From contig CAXHJY010001666.1 of NCBI GenBank assembly GCA_964016885.1, forward strand, positions 1 to 60,434: a stretch of DNA of 60,434 bases, in the 5' to 3' direction. Positions 1 to 22,194 of the stretch are shown here, in pieces. Under the pieces are notes generated by a model. It worked only from the letters and a program-made list of their open reading frames with translations, was not told where the DNA came from and did no database searches. The translations under genes were made by a program, and so were the position numbers. This stretch comes from Eledone cirrhosa (taxonomy: Eukaryota). Position 1 is the stretch's first letter; each line of letters starts with the position of its first letter.

Positions 1-216
1 TATGCTTACTGCCTCTGTAATTTGCCTAAACATTGCGTCTTTCTTGTGTGTGGATTCTATTTTTATTTCTATGCTCTCTAATTTACCCCTGTGTTCTATC
101 TTAGCATGTTGGTAGAGCACAGATGATTATTTACTATCTTATATATATACATATATATACATTTTCGGACACCCGAAAACCACGATGAACTGAAGAATGA
201 CCCTCCCAAAGTATAA

Positions 217-831
<615 letters not shown>

Positions 832-1316
832 TCATCATCATCATCATCATCATCAGGTTTAGCGTCCGTGTTCCACGCTTGCATGGGTTTGGACGGGGGT
901 TTTCCCACTTGAGGCAAGAGTGGTTGTCTTGCTCGCATAGGACTGTCTGGCGGGTTTTCTACAGTTGGATGCCCTTCCTAACACCAACCACATTTACAGT
1001 GTGGGGCTGGGAGGTTTTTACCGTGTTGCCTACACGGCCACATTACAGCGTGGACTGTCTGGCGGGTTTTCTACAGCTGGATGCCCTTCCTAACACCAAC
1101 CACATTTACAGTGTGGGGCTGGGAGGTTTTTACCGTGTTGCCTACACGGCCACATTTACAGCGTGGACTGTGTGTTTTTTGTCGTGACACCTACACGATC
1201 TCATTTGTTTCGGCCTGGATGTTGTGGGACCAACATAACTTTACATTGAAAGGGGCGGTGTGGGTGGGGTGGAGGTGGTGGGACGGGGGTGTGTTTTGAT
1301 AGAGGTGCCTACTGAC
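832..1316 (-). mobile_element. RTE LINE 3' UTR fragment with (GAT)n tail and a 112-bp internal tandem duplication
   Basis: Reverse complement matches the 3' UTR of the RTE at 38940-39298. The block starting ggactgtctggcggg occurs at 940 and again at 1052. Confidence 0.92.
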
Positions 1317-1324
1317 TGTATATG

Positions 1325-1357
<33 letters not shown>

Positions 1358-1388
1358 GTATATATATATGTATATGTATATATATATG

Positions 1389-1420
<32 letters not shown>

Positions 1421-1421
<1 letters not shown>

Positions 1422-1548
1422 CATCATCATCATCATTTCATTTTACGTCCACTTTTCCCTGCTTGCAAGGGTGGGACGGGAACTGATTCTGGCTTGATTT
1501 CTACAGCTGGATGCCCTTCCTAACACCAACCACATTTACAGTGTGGGT
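1421..1548 (-). mobile_element. 3' fragment of the tRNA-headed, RTE-tailed SINE
   Basis: Matches the tail of the full copies at 19233 and 56370 (cttgcaagggtgggacgggaactgattctgg). Confidence 0.85.
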
Positions 1549-10871
<9,323 letters not shown>

Positions 10872-10873
<2 letters not shown>

Positions 10874-11093
10874 AAAGAGTCAGGACCCCGACAGCTTATC
10901 TCCGGCCGTTTCGACAACTAGGTCCAAACTAAGCCAGCAGTACGGCTGGCTTAGTTTGGACCTAGTTGTCGAAACGGCCGGAGATAAGCTGTCGGGGTCC
11001 TGACTCTTTTCCTATTACCCACTCTACTACTCTAAATATCGAATACTCTGGTGCGCTATGGTCCACCTCGTTTCTTACCATACTTTCTTTGTT
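10872..11093. mobile_element. Fold-back element, family F copy 2 (opposite orientation)
   Basis: Perfect 67-bp arms at 10872-10938 and 10945-11011 with loop AGTACG. The tail (11012-11093) is homologous to that of copy 1. Confidence 0.85.
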
Positions 11094-11414
11094 ATATATA
11101 TTACTCTGACAGTACGAATATGATAATGAAAATATATATGTATACATACGCCATGTATAGTCGTGTAACTCCCCCGCCTACAGTTTTTTATTGAAATAAG
11201 GATGCGTCTTATATTCGGAAAGTCACGGCACATCCACAGGCGGCGCCATTGTGACAACTAGAAGTAACCATTATTGTTGTCAACATGCTTCGTGGTATAT
11301 AGTTACGCCCCACACTGTGTCGATAAAATAAAGCTCCCGTAGGGGTCGATTTAATGGACTTTCCCTTCTCCCCATAAATATTGTTGGCCCTGTGCCAAAA
11401 GTAGAAACCAATCG

Positions 11415-11588
11415 CTAGAGGGTCTAAGGTCATGCTTTGCAGCAAAGAGTTACGGCCCTTTATAGTCTGAGTTCAAATCCCGCCACAGTTAACTTTGCCT
11501 TTCATCTTTACGGGTCGATAAAATAAAGTACCAGTAATACACTGGGGTATTTGCCGGCCTTGTGCCAAATGTAGAAACAATTATTATT
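11415..11588 (+). mobile_element. SINE family 2 (Deu/Nin-domain-like), partial
   Basis: B-box-like gagttcaaatccc followed by gcctttcatc...gggtcgataaaataaagtaccagt and an (ATT)n end. Confidence 0.75.
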
Positions 11589-12314
11589 GACAGTTACTTT
11601 CATCTTTGGCAAATCCCTTATAGACTTTTTTAAGTTTCACTTAAAAAGGCACTTGATGGAGAGGGACGTACTGTCTTCCAGCAAATTTGTTGAATGGTGG
11701 ATGAGATTGGCAGGCATAGTCCAAGAGAATGAACCTGGTCTGAGTAAACACCTGTAGATTAGAGTACGATAACTGGGAGAAAGCACTCACCTCAGTGGTC
11801 AGGGTAACCGTGACTTTATTGTGTGTGTTTTCACATGTAGCGCTTGGAAGTCTTCCCTTCTATTGGGGAATTTTTCTTTGTTTTAATATTCATTGTGACC
11901 CATTTTGCTTTTGTTCTCATTATTCTCCTGTCTTAGAGTTATTTTTCATGTAAACCTACACTGTATCGTCTTTGATCTTTCTACAAACCTTTGTAGTTAA
12001 TAGACTTTTTTAGTTAATGAAAAATAAAAGCAAAAATGGGATATGGTACTTTTAATGTTCGTAATGCAACAGTTTAATCCAGAGTTTTGTGTGGGTTCTA
12101 TCTGGAATTACACTAAAGTGCAGGCTCACTGTCCTTATTTCTGATCCGGTCCTTAGTTGACAGTTGTTATTGTATTCTATTGTTATCCTAATGTGTTCAC
12201 TTAGGTGATGTTTTCTTTCTTTTATTTGATGTAAAAACTCCATTCAATGTTGTTTTATCCTTGTTTGACTCAAAAATCTTGGGCCAATAAAAAATGATCA
12301 TTATTATTATTATA

Positions 12315-12670
12315 GTGCTTTGCAGCATATAGATACGGCTCTTTAAGTTCAAATCCCGCCGAGCTTAGCTTTGCCTTTCATCCTTACGGGGTCGATAAAA
12401 TAAAATACCAGTCTCACACTGGGGCTGATTTAATCGACTTTCCGCTCCTCCAAAATTGCTAGCCTTGTGCCTATATAAGAAACCATTATTATAATGCTTT
12501 GCAGCATAGAGTTACGGCCCTTTAAGTTCAAATGCTGCCGAGGATAGCTTTGTCTTTTATCCTTATAGGGTCGATAAAATAAAGTACCAGTATCGCATTG
12601 GAGTCGATTTAATCGACTTTCCCTTCCCCTTCAAAACTGTTGGCCTTGTGCCTAAATCAGAAACCATTCT
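12315..12670 (+). mobile_element. Two tandem partial copies of SINE family 2
   Basis: A unit of about 180 bp (tgctttgcagcata...gttcaaat...gggtcgataaaataaa...gaaaccatt) occurs twice. Confidence 0.8.
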
Positions 12671-12849
12671 TTTAATTCAATGTGACTTTAGAAAAATTAC
12701 AATAAGAGGTGATGTGTGAGCTTTGTCAGGTTGAACGATGGCTATTGTTAAGCTGCAAGTCAGACCTATAATCAAAGACCTTTCAGTTTTTAAAATCTGG
12801 ACATACAATATTGGATTACAATATCAAAAACTAGGAATTATCGGCAAAC

Positions 12850-12980
12850 CGTTCTTGTTATTGTTAGCGTCTCGCTTTACCGATGTATCAGGTGGTGCTT
12901 CTGGCGAAGATGCTTTGTTATTCCAGCAGCTTAGCCTCACTATCACCTGTGGCAATACTGCCAGTGTTGGCTTACCTAAA
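12850..12980 (+). pseudogene. C-terminal fragment of a CRE-like (RLE-type) non-LTR retrotransposon ORF
   Basis: Translation LASRFTDVSGGASGEDALLFQQLSLTITCGNTASV resembles the conserved CRE-like C-terminus (FLFQRLSxAIQRGNAASV). An A-rich stretch follows. Confidence 0.55.
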
Positions 12981-13207
12981 AAAATTATTAGAAGGAGGCT
13001 GCAGTACCTTTTGCTGTGTTGTGTGATTGAGTGTGCAAATCTCCCCCCCCCCCAAACCTTTAAACTCATTTACGATGGTTTTGAAGGCCATGTTTGTTCA
13101 ATCAAAGCACATAAAAAATAACAGGAAAAACATAAATTTTACCTAAAAAATTGTAACCAAACACCTTTATTTTAACTGAAACCAAGTTGCATATATATAT
13201 ATATATA

Positions 13208-13503
13208 TCATTTCATTTTACGTCCACTTTTTCCCTGCTTGCAAGGGGGGACGGGAACTGATTCTGCTTGATTTCTACAGCTGGATGCCCTTCCTAACAC
13301 CAACCTCATTTACAGTGAGTGCTGGGTGGTTTTTTTGCCGTGGCACCTCCACGACTACGTTGCATTCCTACAGCTGAGTAAACTGGAGCAATGTGAAATA
13401 AAGTGTCTTGCTCAAGGAAACAACACATTGGCCAGTCTGAGAATTGAACTCACAACCTTTCGTTTGCAAGGCCAATGCTCTAACCACTAAGCCATGTGCC
13501 TCC
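13208..13503 (-). mobile_element. tRNA-headed, RTE-tailed SINE with internal deletion
   Basis: Reverse complement of the 56370 copy, lacking the gatagggac...gtccctatc hairpin segment. Confidence 0.9.
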
Positions 13504-13525
13504 ATTTTATATATATATATATATA

Positions 13526-14150
<625 letters not shown>

Positions 14151-15136
14151 ATCCGTTTGTGTGTGTATATATATACATATCTATATCTGTGTGTGTGTGT
14201 TTTATTAAAAAATAATGTGTGCGAGTTGTATATATATATATATATATATATATATAACATACATATAGATAGATACAAGTGGAAGCTTAGTAAAATCGAA
14301 ATTTGGCTGTGGGCAAGCTAAGTCGACCTACAATAGGGATGAGTTAGCAAACCACTAATAGAGTAATGACATACGTTTAAATAGCTTGACAAATTGAACA
14401 TTGCGGTAGGCAAAACCTAACCACACAATGCCAAAGTAACGAAAAAACTAACAGGTTAAAAAGATACACCTGGACAAATCAAACGATATATGTTTAAAGT
14501 GTTTCTATGAATCCAAAATCAGTTATCCAACTTACGTAACAGGGACGCTCGTGGTATACCATGATGGAACAGAGGATTCATTTCATCAACAGGGATTCCG
14601 TTCTACCATAAATCGGAGTGGACTAGCTAAATGCGGCCGCTAGAAGGCAGCCAGCGAACACTTAGTTATCACGTGTTATTTCCAACAAGGGAAGGTAGAT
14701 TCAAAGTGTTAACAAAGGAAATATTATAATTTCCGCTAACATTCCGAATAAAAGCTCTCAACCAGATGTTATTAAACAAACACAAATAATTAACCAATCA
14801 ACAGAATTGTCTAATTAAATTAATTAGTTAATTATTAAATCTAGGAGAAAATAATGGAAGCTTAGTAAAAGCTTAGAGAAAAAGTGGAAGCTTAGTAAAA
14901 TTGAAGAATTGAGATAGATAGATATAAAACATTTGAATTATTCGAGGCCGCAGTTCATCCGAAACATTTGTAAGGGATTAAAAACAATTATTTGATGAAA
15001 GAAGATTGACTTTCTTTTGATACTTTTGCATATGCGATGAAATACCAATGATGGTTGGAAAATCACTGACGAAGGACTATTTTTATCATATGTAACCCAT
15101 GTGCAACCACGCAGTATTCTTCTTTCTTCTCATGTT

Positions 15137-15178
<42 letters not shown>

Positions 15179-15220
15179 AAGAATGCTGGTACATATGTAT
15201 GTTTGTGTGAGTGTATATAT

Positions 15221-15565
15221 CATCATCATCATCATCATTTCATTTTACGTCCGCTTTTCCCTGCTTGCAAGGGTGGGACGGGAACTGATACTGGCTTGAT
15301 TTCTACAGCTGGATGCCCTTCCTAACACCAACCTCATTTACAGTGAGTGCTGGGTGCTTTTTTGCCGTGGCACCTACACGACCACTTTGCAGTGGAATGA
15401 TAAGGACCTCAGTCCCTATCATCTCATTTCTACAGCTGAGTAAACTGGAGCAATGTGAAATAAAGTGTCTTGCTCAAGGAAACAACACACCACCCGGTCT
15501 GAGAATTGAACTCACAACCTTTCGATTGCAAGGCCAATGCTCTAACCACTAAGCCATGTGCCTCC
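15221..15565 (-). mobile_element. tRNA-headed, RTE-tailed SINE, full length
   Basis: Near-identical to the other copies. Confidence 0.92.
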
Positions 15566-16061
15566 ACAAATGTGTATATATACACACACATTCTTTTCCT
15601 TTAGTCTTTGACTTATTTTTTGTTCTAGTCTACTTATTTTATTGATCTCATTTTTGTCAACCCACTAAGTTATAGATCTTAAGCAAACAGTAAACACACA
15701 CATCATCACCATAAACTACTTTACGTTTATTTTCATGCTTGCATGCATTAATCACATTTTGAAGATTGACTGCTCAGATGACTCTTTGTCTCATACAATC
15801 CCTTTTGGTATGGTTTCTATGGCTGGATGCCCTTAATAATGATAACAACTTTGCAGCGTGTTCCAACTTGGTTTTCTTTGTGACACAAGCACTACTACTT
15901 GACAAGATGGACTGGGTGCATTTTATCATGGCACAGCACAATCACTTTACAGAGTGGATTGGGTACATTTTATCGTGGCACCAACCATTACCACTTCCCG
16001 AGTGGGTTGAGCATATACATATATATATATATATATATGTGTGTGTAGTTACGGAGTAGGT

Positions 16062-16609
16062 CGACCCAGAAAAATCTGGGATAAATTCCGACCTTACACA
16101 TTTGCACCTCTCTAAGACAATGTCACTGGACCGAGATCTTTGGCGCTACGCAGTAATACAGAAGACCCGCCTTGCCTATGTACAAAGCGAAACCTACAGT
16201 CAGTCGGCACCTCTTAACCAAATATACACCCCAATCCACTACCCCTACCCTATCCTCCCACTCCCACCAACACCACCCTCTCTCTATAAAGTTGGTACCA
16301 CAACATCCAGTCCAAATATATGAGATAAATGAGATCGAGATCGTGTAGGTGTCACGAGAAAAAAACACACAGTCCACGCTGTAATGTGGTCGTGTAGGTA
16401 ACACAGTAAAAAGTTTCCAGTTCCACACTGTAAATGTGGTTGGTGTTAGGAAGAGCATCCAGCCGTAGAAAACCTGCCAGATAGTCCTATATGAGCGAGA
16501 CCCGGTCACCCGACTAACCTTGCCTCAAGTGGGACAACTCCCGTCTAACCCATGCTAGCATGGAAAGTGGACGTTAAACGAAAATGATGATGATGATGAT
16601 GATGATGAT
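16062..16609 (+). mobile_element. RTE LINE 3' fragment (end of RT, 3' UTR and (GAT)n)
   Basis: Encodes [23 protein letters not shown] as in the long RTE copies. Confidence 0.9.
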
Positions 16610-16674
16610 ATATAATATTTAACGTCCCTTCCTCTTCTCATCTTTAACTTTCTATTTTATCTTTTATTTCTAAC

Positions 16675-16716
16675 TCTATCTTCTGATGAAGGACTAGTGT
16701 CCGAAACGTTAAAACT
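16675..16716 (+). ncRNA. Degenerate minimal hammerhead ribozyme-like motif (Penelope pseudo-LTR type)
   Basis: CTGATGA-A-GGAC-tagt-GTCC-GAAA-CGTTA. Core and stem II are present, stem III is palindromic (AACGTT), stem I is weak. Confidence 0.55.
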
Positions 16717-17067
16717 CTTTTCTTGCTATTTCACACGTTAAAGTAATATATTTCTTTAAAAATGTGTTGTTTGCTTTGTTATTTGTTTACTTTTTACACA
16801 CACGCACACACATATATAAAGGGCATGCATACAGTGTCCGTCTACCAAATTTCAATCACAAAGATGATAGCAGAAGATACTTGTTCAAGGTTCTAAGCAT
16901 TGCAATTGAACCTGAATCCCTTAACTGCACAGCCATGCTTGGGTTTACACACACACACGGAAGACCTTAGAAGTTTATTACAAAATTTTTTGATAAAATA
17001 AAATTGATATATCTATGTTCAAGTTAAAATCAGTCAGAAAAATATAGGGAATAAATTTTGCTATGTA

Positions 17068-17957
17068 CTCTCAAGTCTCGAATAATCGTCCCCTACCCAA
17101 CCCCTTATTAATTCTCACCCCCACCCCCACGCTACCACTCTGCGCTTATTAAATTTTGCTAATCTATCTCCGACAAAATTTTATTTTAAATGGTAGCACT
17201 CCTGCAACAATTAATTTTCTTTTTACATTAAAAAAAATATACTTGTCAAAAAGTATATTACTAGAAATCCCATACGTGATGAAATAGGATGGTTGGGGTC
17301 TCAATCATCATCATCACCGTTTTACGTCTGTTCTTCCACGCTAGCATGGGTTAAACGAGTTGTCCTGTTGTAGGCAGTGTCCAGTTGGCTGACCTTGTCT
17401 TGCTCATACGGGAACTGATTCTGGCTTGATTTCTACAGCTGGATGCCCTTCCTAACACCAACCTCATTTACAGTGAGTGCTGGGTGCTTTTTTTCCGTGG
17501 CGCCTACACATCCACTCTACAGTGTAGGCTGGGTGCTTTTTTGCCGTGGCACCTCCATGACCACTTTGCAGTGGGGTGGGGGCATATTGTCTATATGCTT
17601 CAGCTTTGGCTTGTACCCGTGGAGGGGGGTCGGGTCTTCTGTATTACTGCGTGATGCCAGAGGTCACGGTCGTGTATCAATTGGGTAAGGTCGGCTTTTA
17701 TCACCTCATCCCAGGTCTTCTTGGGTCTCCCCACTCCATGGCTTCCATCGACTTTTAGTGCTTCTGCACCTTTTTATGCAGCTGTATGTAAACTAAACGA
17801 CTAATTCTGATTTTTTTTTTAAAATCAACACAGACAACCTAGAAAAATTACTGACCCCACCCCACATATTCCACCCCACCCCTCTCATTCCAACTCCTCC
17901 ACTTATTTCAACACCTCCGCCTATTCCACCTCCCCCTTATTATTTGGGACCTGAAAG
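17068..17957. mobile_element. Tc1/mariner-pogo-type MITE with TA TSD, interrupted by an RTE fragment
   Basis: Imperfect TIRs ctctcaagtctcgaataat and attatttgggacctgaaag, each flanked by TA. An uninterrupted homologue lies at 22195-22361. Confidence 0.65.
17305..17786 (-). mobile_element. RTE LINE 3' fragment, same subfamily as the 23.4-26.95 kb element
   Basis: Reverse complement matches 26455-26954. Confidence 0.9.
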
Positions 17958-18162
17958 TATTCTTACCTATCTTTCTACCCCTCTCTCTTTAGACCTATTT
18001 TTACTACTCTCTCTCTCTCTCTCCCTCTCTCTCTCCTCACCACTTACACCCGTTCTCCGTATATTCCTCTCACTTCCATTTTCACTATCTGTATATCACT
18101 TTTTCATACTCTATATTTCCATGCACACACATACAATATAACAGTATATATGTGTGTATGTG

Positions 18163-18194
<32 letters not shown>

Positions 18195-18868
18195 CATACA
18201 GAGAGGGAGAGATCAATGTGTATATATATCTGTGTGTGTGTATATATATATACACACAGATGTATTTATGTATACACATATGCACATATATTTATATATT
18301 ATATATATGTAATTTATTCATAGGCATGACCAGCTTGATAGAAAGTGTTGTGTGTGTGTATATATACAGCCGAGTGAATTCATACATAGTGAATTAATGA
18401 TAGGACATGTAATGTGAATATGTTTGTGTGTATGTGTGTATGCATGTATTTGAATATGTATGGTTATGCAAATATTTGTGTTTAATGTATCTGGTTTAGT
18501 ATATTAATGGCTAATAGTTAGTTGTTATGTCTTCATATATGTAAATGGTATTGAACATTTTGTAACAATTATACATACATATATATATTTGTGTGTGTGT
18601 ATGTATATATATGAGAGTATTGAAGTTTGCTTGAAGCATTGTGGAATAATAAGGTAAATTTCTTTAAGTCGTTTGGAAGCCTCGACAATGCAGTTGGGTA
18701 AATCTCCGGGTAACAAGATCTGGTGGTGGAGAGAGAGAGATGTAAGTGGGTGTACGTTGAGATGCGTGGCGTGTAGAAGACTGTAGCGTGTAGAAGAATG
18801 TAGGAAAGAGCGTAAAGGATAAAAATAAAAATAACACGAGATAGAGTTACCTTGGGAGAGATTTAATT

Positions 18869-18906
18869 GTCCCTATATATTTCGGATTCACATCCATCAA
18901 CTGGGG
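18869..18906 (-). ncRNA. Degenerate minimal hammerhead-like motif
   Basis: Minus strand reads ccc-CAGTTGA-T-GGAT-gtga-ATCC-GAAA-TATA-TA-ggg. Stems I and II and a palindromic stem III are present, but the core has two substitutions relative to CTGATGA. Confidence 0.45.
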
Positions 18907-18994
18907 TTTTTTTCCGGGGGGGGGGGGGGGGGTTGTCTGTCGGAAAGGTGAGAAACGTGTCCTCTACTGTTCGTTGTTTTGAATATATATATAT

Positions 18995-19160
18995 ATCATC
19001 ATCATCATCACCATTTTACATCCATTTTTCCACGCTATCATGGGTTAGACGAGTTGTCCTGTTGTAGGCAATGCCAGGTCAAGTGATCATGTCTTGCTCA
19101 TACAGAACAGATATATATTTATATATATCTGTTCTGTATGTGTAAGCCATGGTCACTTGA

Positions 19161-19163
<3 letters not shown>
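18995..19163 (-). mobile_element. Short RTE 3' end with an inverted duplication of its 5' part
   Basis: (CAT)n plus RTE tail. 19076-19117 is an imperfect inverted repeat of 19123-19163 around a TA spacer. Confidence 0.7.
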
Positions 19164-19207
<44 letters not shown>

Positions 19208-19232
19208 CATATATTTTTACATACATATATAT

Positions 19233-19573
19233 GGAGGCACATGGCTTAGTGGTTAGAGAATTGGCCTTGCAATCGAAATGTTGTGAGTTCAATTCTCAGA
19301 CCGGGTGATGTGTTGTTTCCTTGAGCAAGACACTTTATTTGACATTGCTCTAGTTTACTCAGCTGTAGAAATGAGATGATAGGACTGGGGTCCATATCAT
19401 TCCACTGCAAAGTGGTCGTGGAGGTGCCACGGCAAAAAAGCACCCAGCACTCACTGTAAATGAGGTTGGTGTTAGGAAGGGCATCCAGCTGTAGAAATCA
19501 AGCCAGAATCAGTTCCTGTCCCACCCTTGCAAGCAGGGAAAAGCGGACGTAAAATGATGATGATGATGATGAT
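19233..19573 (+). mobile_element. tRNA-headed, RTE-tailed SINE, full length
   Basis: Head ggaggcacatggcttagtggttagag...gagttcaattctc, central ccttgagcaagacacttt motif, RTE-derived tail and (GAT)n. Confidence 0.93.
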
Positions 19574-19620
19574 ATATATAAATAAATATACACAGGTGTA
19601 TATGATTGTGTATAGAAGAT

Positions 19621-19850
19621 TATATTAATAAAAGGAATTCCAACTTTGTCTGATTTACTTGTTTTATTTACAATCCTTTAAAATTATAATATTATAATGA
19701 AATAGTATGGTAGAATAATGTTAAGTGTTAATTGACACTTAACATTTAATATTCTACCATACTATTTCATTATAATATCATTATAATTTTAAAGGATTGT
19801 AAATAAAACAAGTAAATCAGACAAAGTTGGAATTCCTTTTATTAATATAT
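19621..19850. repeat. Fold-back inverted repeat of about 230 bp
   Basis: tatattaataaaaggaattccaac... pairs with ...gttggaattccttttattaatata, centred on gtgttaattgacac, with only small indels. Confidence 0.9.
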
Positions 19851-22194
19851 ATATATATTTATCTACTATATATTTGAGTGTATGTATGTGTGTATGTATG
19901 TTTGTTGTCAAAAGGCTCCAAAAATGGGGCATTGTGGAGAAAAACGAATTCAATCTTTTGAAATCTGCATCTCGGGGAGGTTTTGTGGCACATGGAGTTT
20001 CTTAATTTTGAAAAGAATAAGAGTAAAACAAACAAAAATCAACAGAAAATAGTAATACTATCAATCCCTGTTACTGTGTCAATTGAAGTAGTCTGGCTTT
20101 TATTGATCATCTCATGTATTCAACGGGATCTTATTATTCCGCCCATCCATGCCGACAGTAGGGGGCATTGTTTTTGCTATGAGGCAGAGAGTTGTCCTCA
20201 CAGAGGTCACCCGATGTTTATGTGAAGACACTCACACAACAAACTGGAAGATTTTGAAAGGGTTAGCACCAAACTTCGGCCTTGAAGGCAGAAGCAGCTC
20301 ACAAACAGGAAAGCCGGGATAACCATAGAAAACTTGCCAAACAAAGGTTTTGGAAAACTCTTCAGCTGTGTGAAAGACATGAAAATCGCCCCATCTTGGT
20401 GTCATGATAAAATGTACTTGGTGATCATATGTAAGGGAGTTGCAGGCCACTGGTTGGTTGGGTGATTGAATCTCATGTACCTACACTCTACCGGGTTGTT
20501 GTTGATGTTATTGTTACAGCTCACATCTATGTAGGTTTAGCTAGCCTCCTATGATCTCATAGGAGGTTTCTTGGGTATTTTAATGATAGGAGCCACATTT
20601 GTGTTTTTTTCTATCTTCAAGCACTTTATGATATATATCACACGGCAAACTCCCTGTGAAACATGATTGAGACTCATTGTGTATTTGTGTCTTTCTTGTA
20701 ACTTAGTGGTTTGACTAAATGAGATTGATAAAATAAATACCAGGCTGTAAAAAAACCAAAAAAAAAAACCAAAAAACAAAAAACAAAAAATAACTTGTGC
20801 ATTTTAAATACTTTATTTTTACAATGAATTATCAGCACAGATGAGATATTTCATTTTTGTTAACCTTATCTATAGTGTTTTAAAAAACTTCACATTTCTT
20901 ACTGTTTTAATCTGTTTGTTTCTATATTTGATATGTTTTTATGTACATGTGCTCAGTCAGTGATTGATCTTGTGGACATGTATTTTACATGCTTTTATCT
21001 ACTCTGTGGTCACTTTGCCATTCATTCCCACAAGGTCGATATAAAGTACCAGTCTAGTACAGGGATCGATTCTTCCTCTATACCTCTTTCTCACTTTCAT
21101 TCTCTCTCCTTCTCTGGAAGAAATCTTCTGTATTCAGACCTTGAGAGGAGATGGGCTATTCCAGGTTTTAAAATGCCCTAGAAATGTTGTATGTCAATAT
21201 GGCAGCCCTACGACTGCTCAGGAGTTACGGGACTATGCAGGCATCTACTGTGACATAGCTATCTACTTACAGCTCATTGGACTGAGTCAACCCTCAATTA
21301 ACTAACTATTAAGCAAAATAACCATTTACTTAGAACCCCAAGTAAAGATCTCCCCCCTCCGGTCTTCCTGATCTCTCAACATTTTAGTATTCCCTTCCTT
21401 CCTGATACTTAGTTCCTAGTCTAACTATTCCAACATGGAAAGACATATACTCCTAGACATCTTTCTTAAGGCCACTTTCCCCTCTTACCTCGATGTAGCC
21501 CTGAGCATGGAAGTCAGAAATAGTATCTCTTAGTGGTTTCAGTCATTAAACTATGGTCATGCTGGGGTACTTCTTTTAGTTGATCGTATTGACCTCAATA
21601 CTTACTTTTTAAGACCTAGTTGTTACTATCCTTCCCACTACAAATATTGTCGTCATCATCATCTTAACCACAATCATCATTGTCATCATGATCATCATAA
21701 TAATCATAATCACAATTGTCATCATCATCCTAATCATGATTATCAGCATCATCTTCATCATCACCATTCACAAATCTAGTGTCTCTGTCTGCTATGTTCT
21801 GACCTGGAAAGCAATGGGTTCTGCCAGGTTTAAGTTGCCCAGTACATGCTGTGTGTCATAACAGTGTCCCTATGATTTCATCAAAAGGTAAATGGCCCTT
21901 TACCTTTTATTATCTTATAATAACATTATTGAAAAGCTGATGTATGTGTCTTAAAAAATTTTTTAGCATCTTCGTCATTGAGAGGGAAACATTGAACATT
22001 GCTGCTATACTTGATATGATAGAATAGGAAATATGGCTTTATTTTGTTATAATCCCTTTATTCATTATTACATTATTATTATTATTATTATTATATATAT
22101 TATGAAATCACCAACAATAGGGAAGTCATATCAAGGACATGACAACCTATCTTCAGTGAAGGTTTTCTTTATGCAATAAAAAAACATTATACAT

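Noticed and set aside
11146-11230. Possible Tigger/pogo-like TIR remnant (gatgcgtcttatattcggaaagtcacggca)
   Set aside because: No convincing partner TIR or TSD; too degenerate to call.
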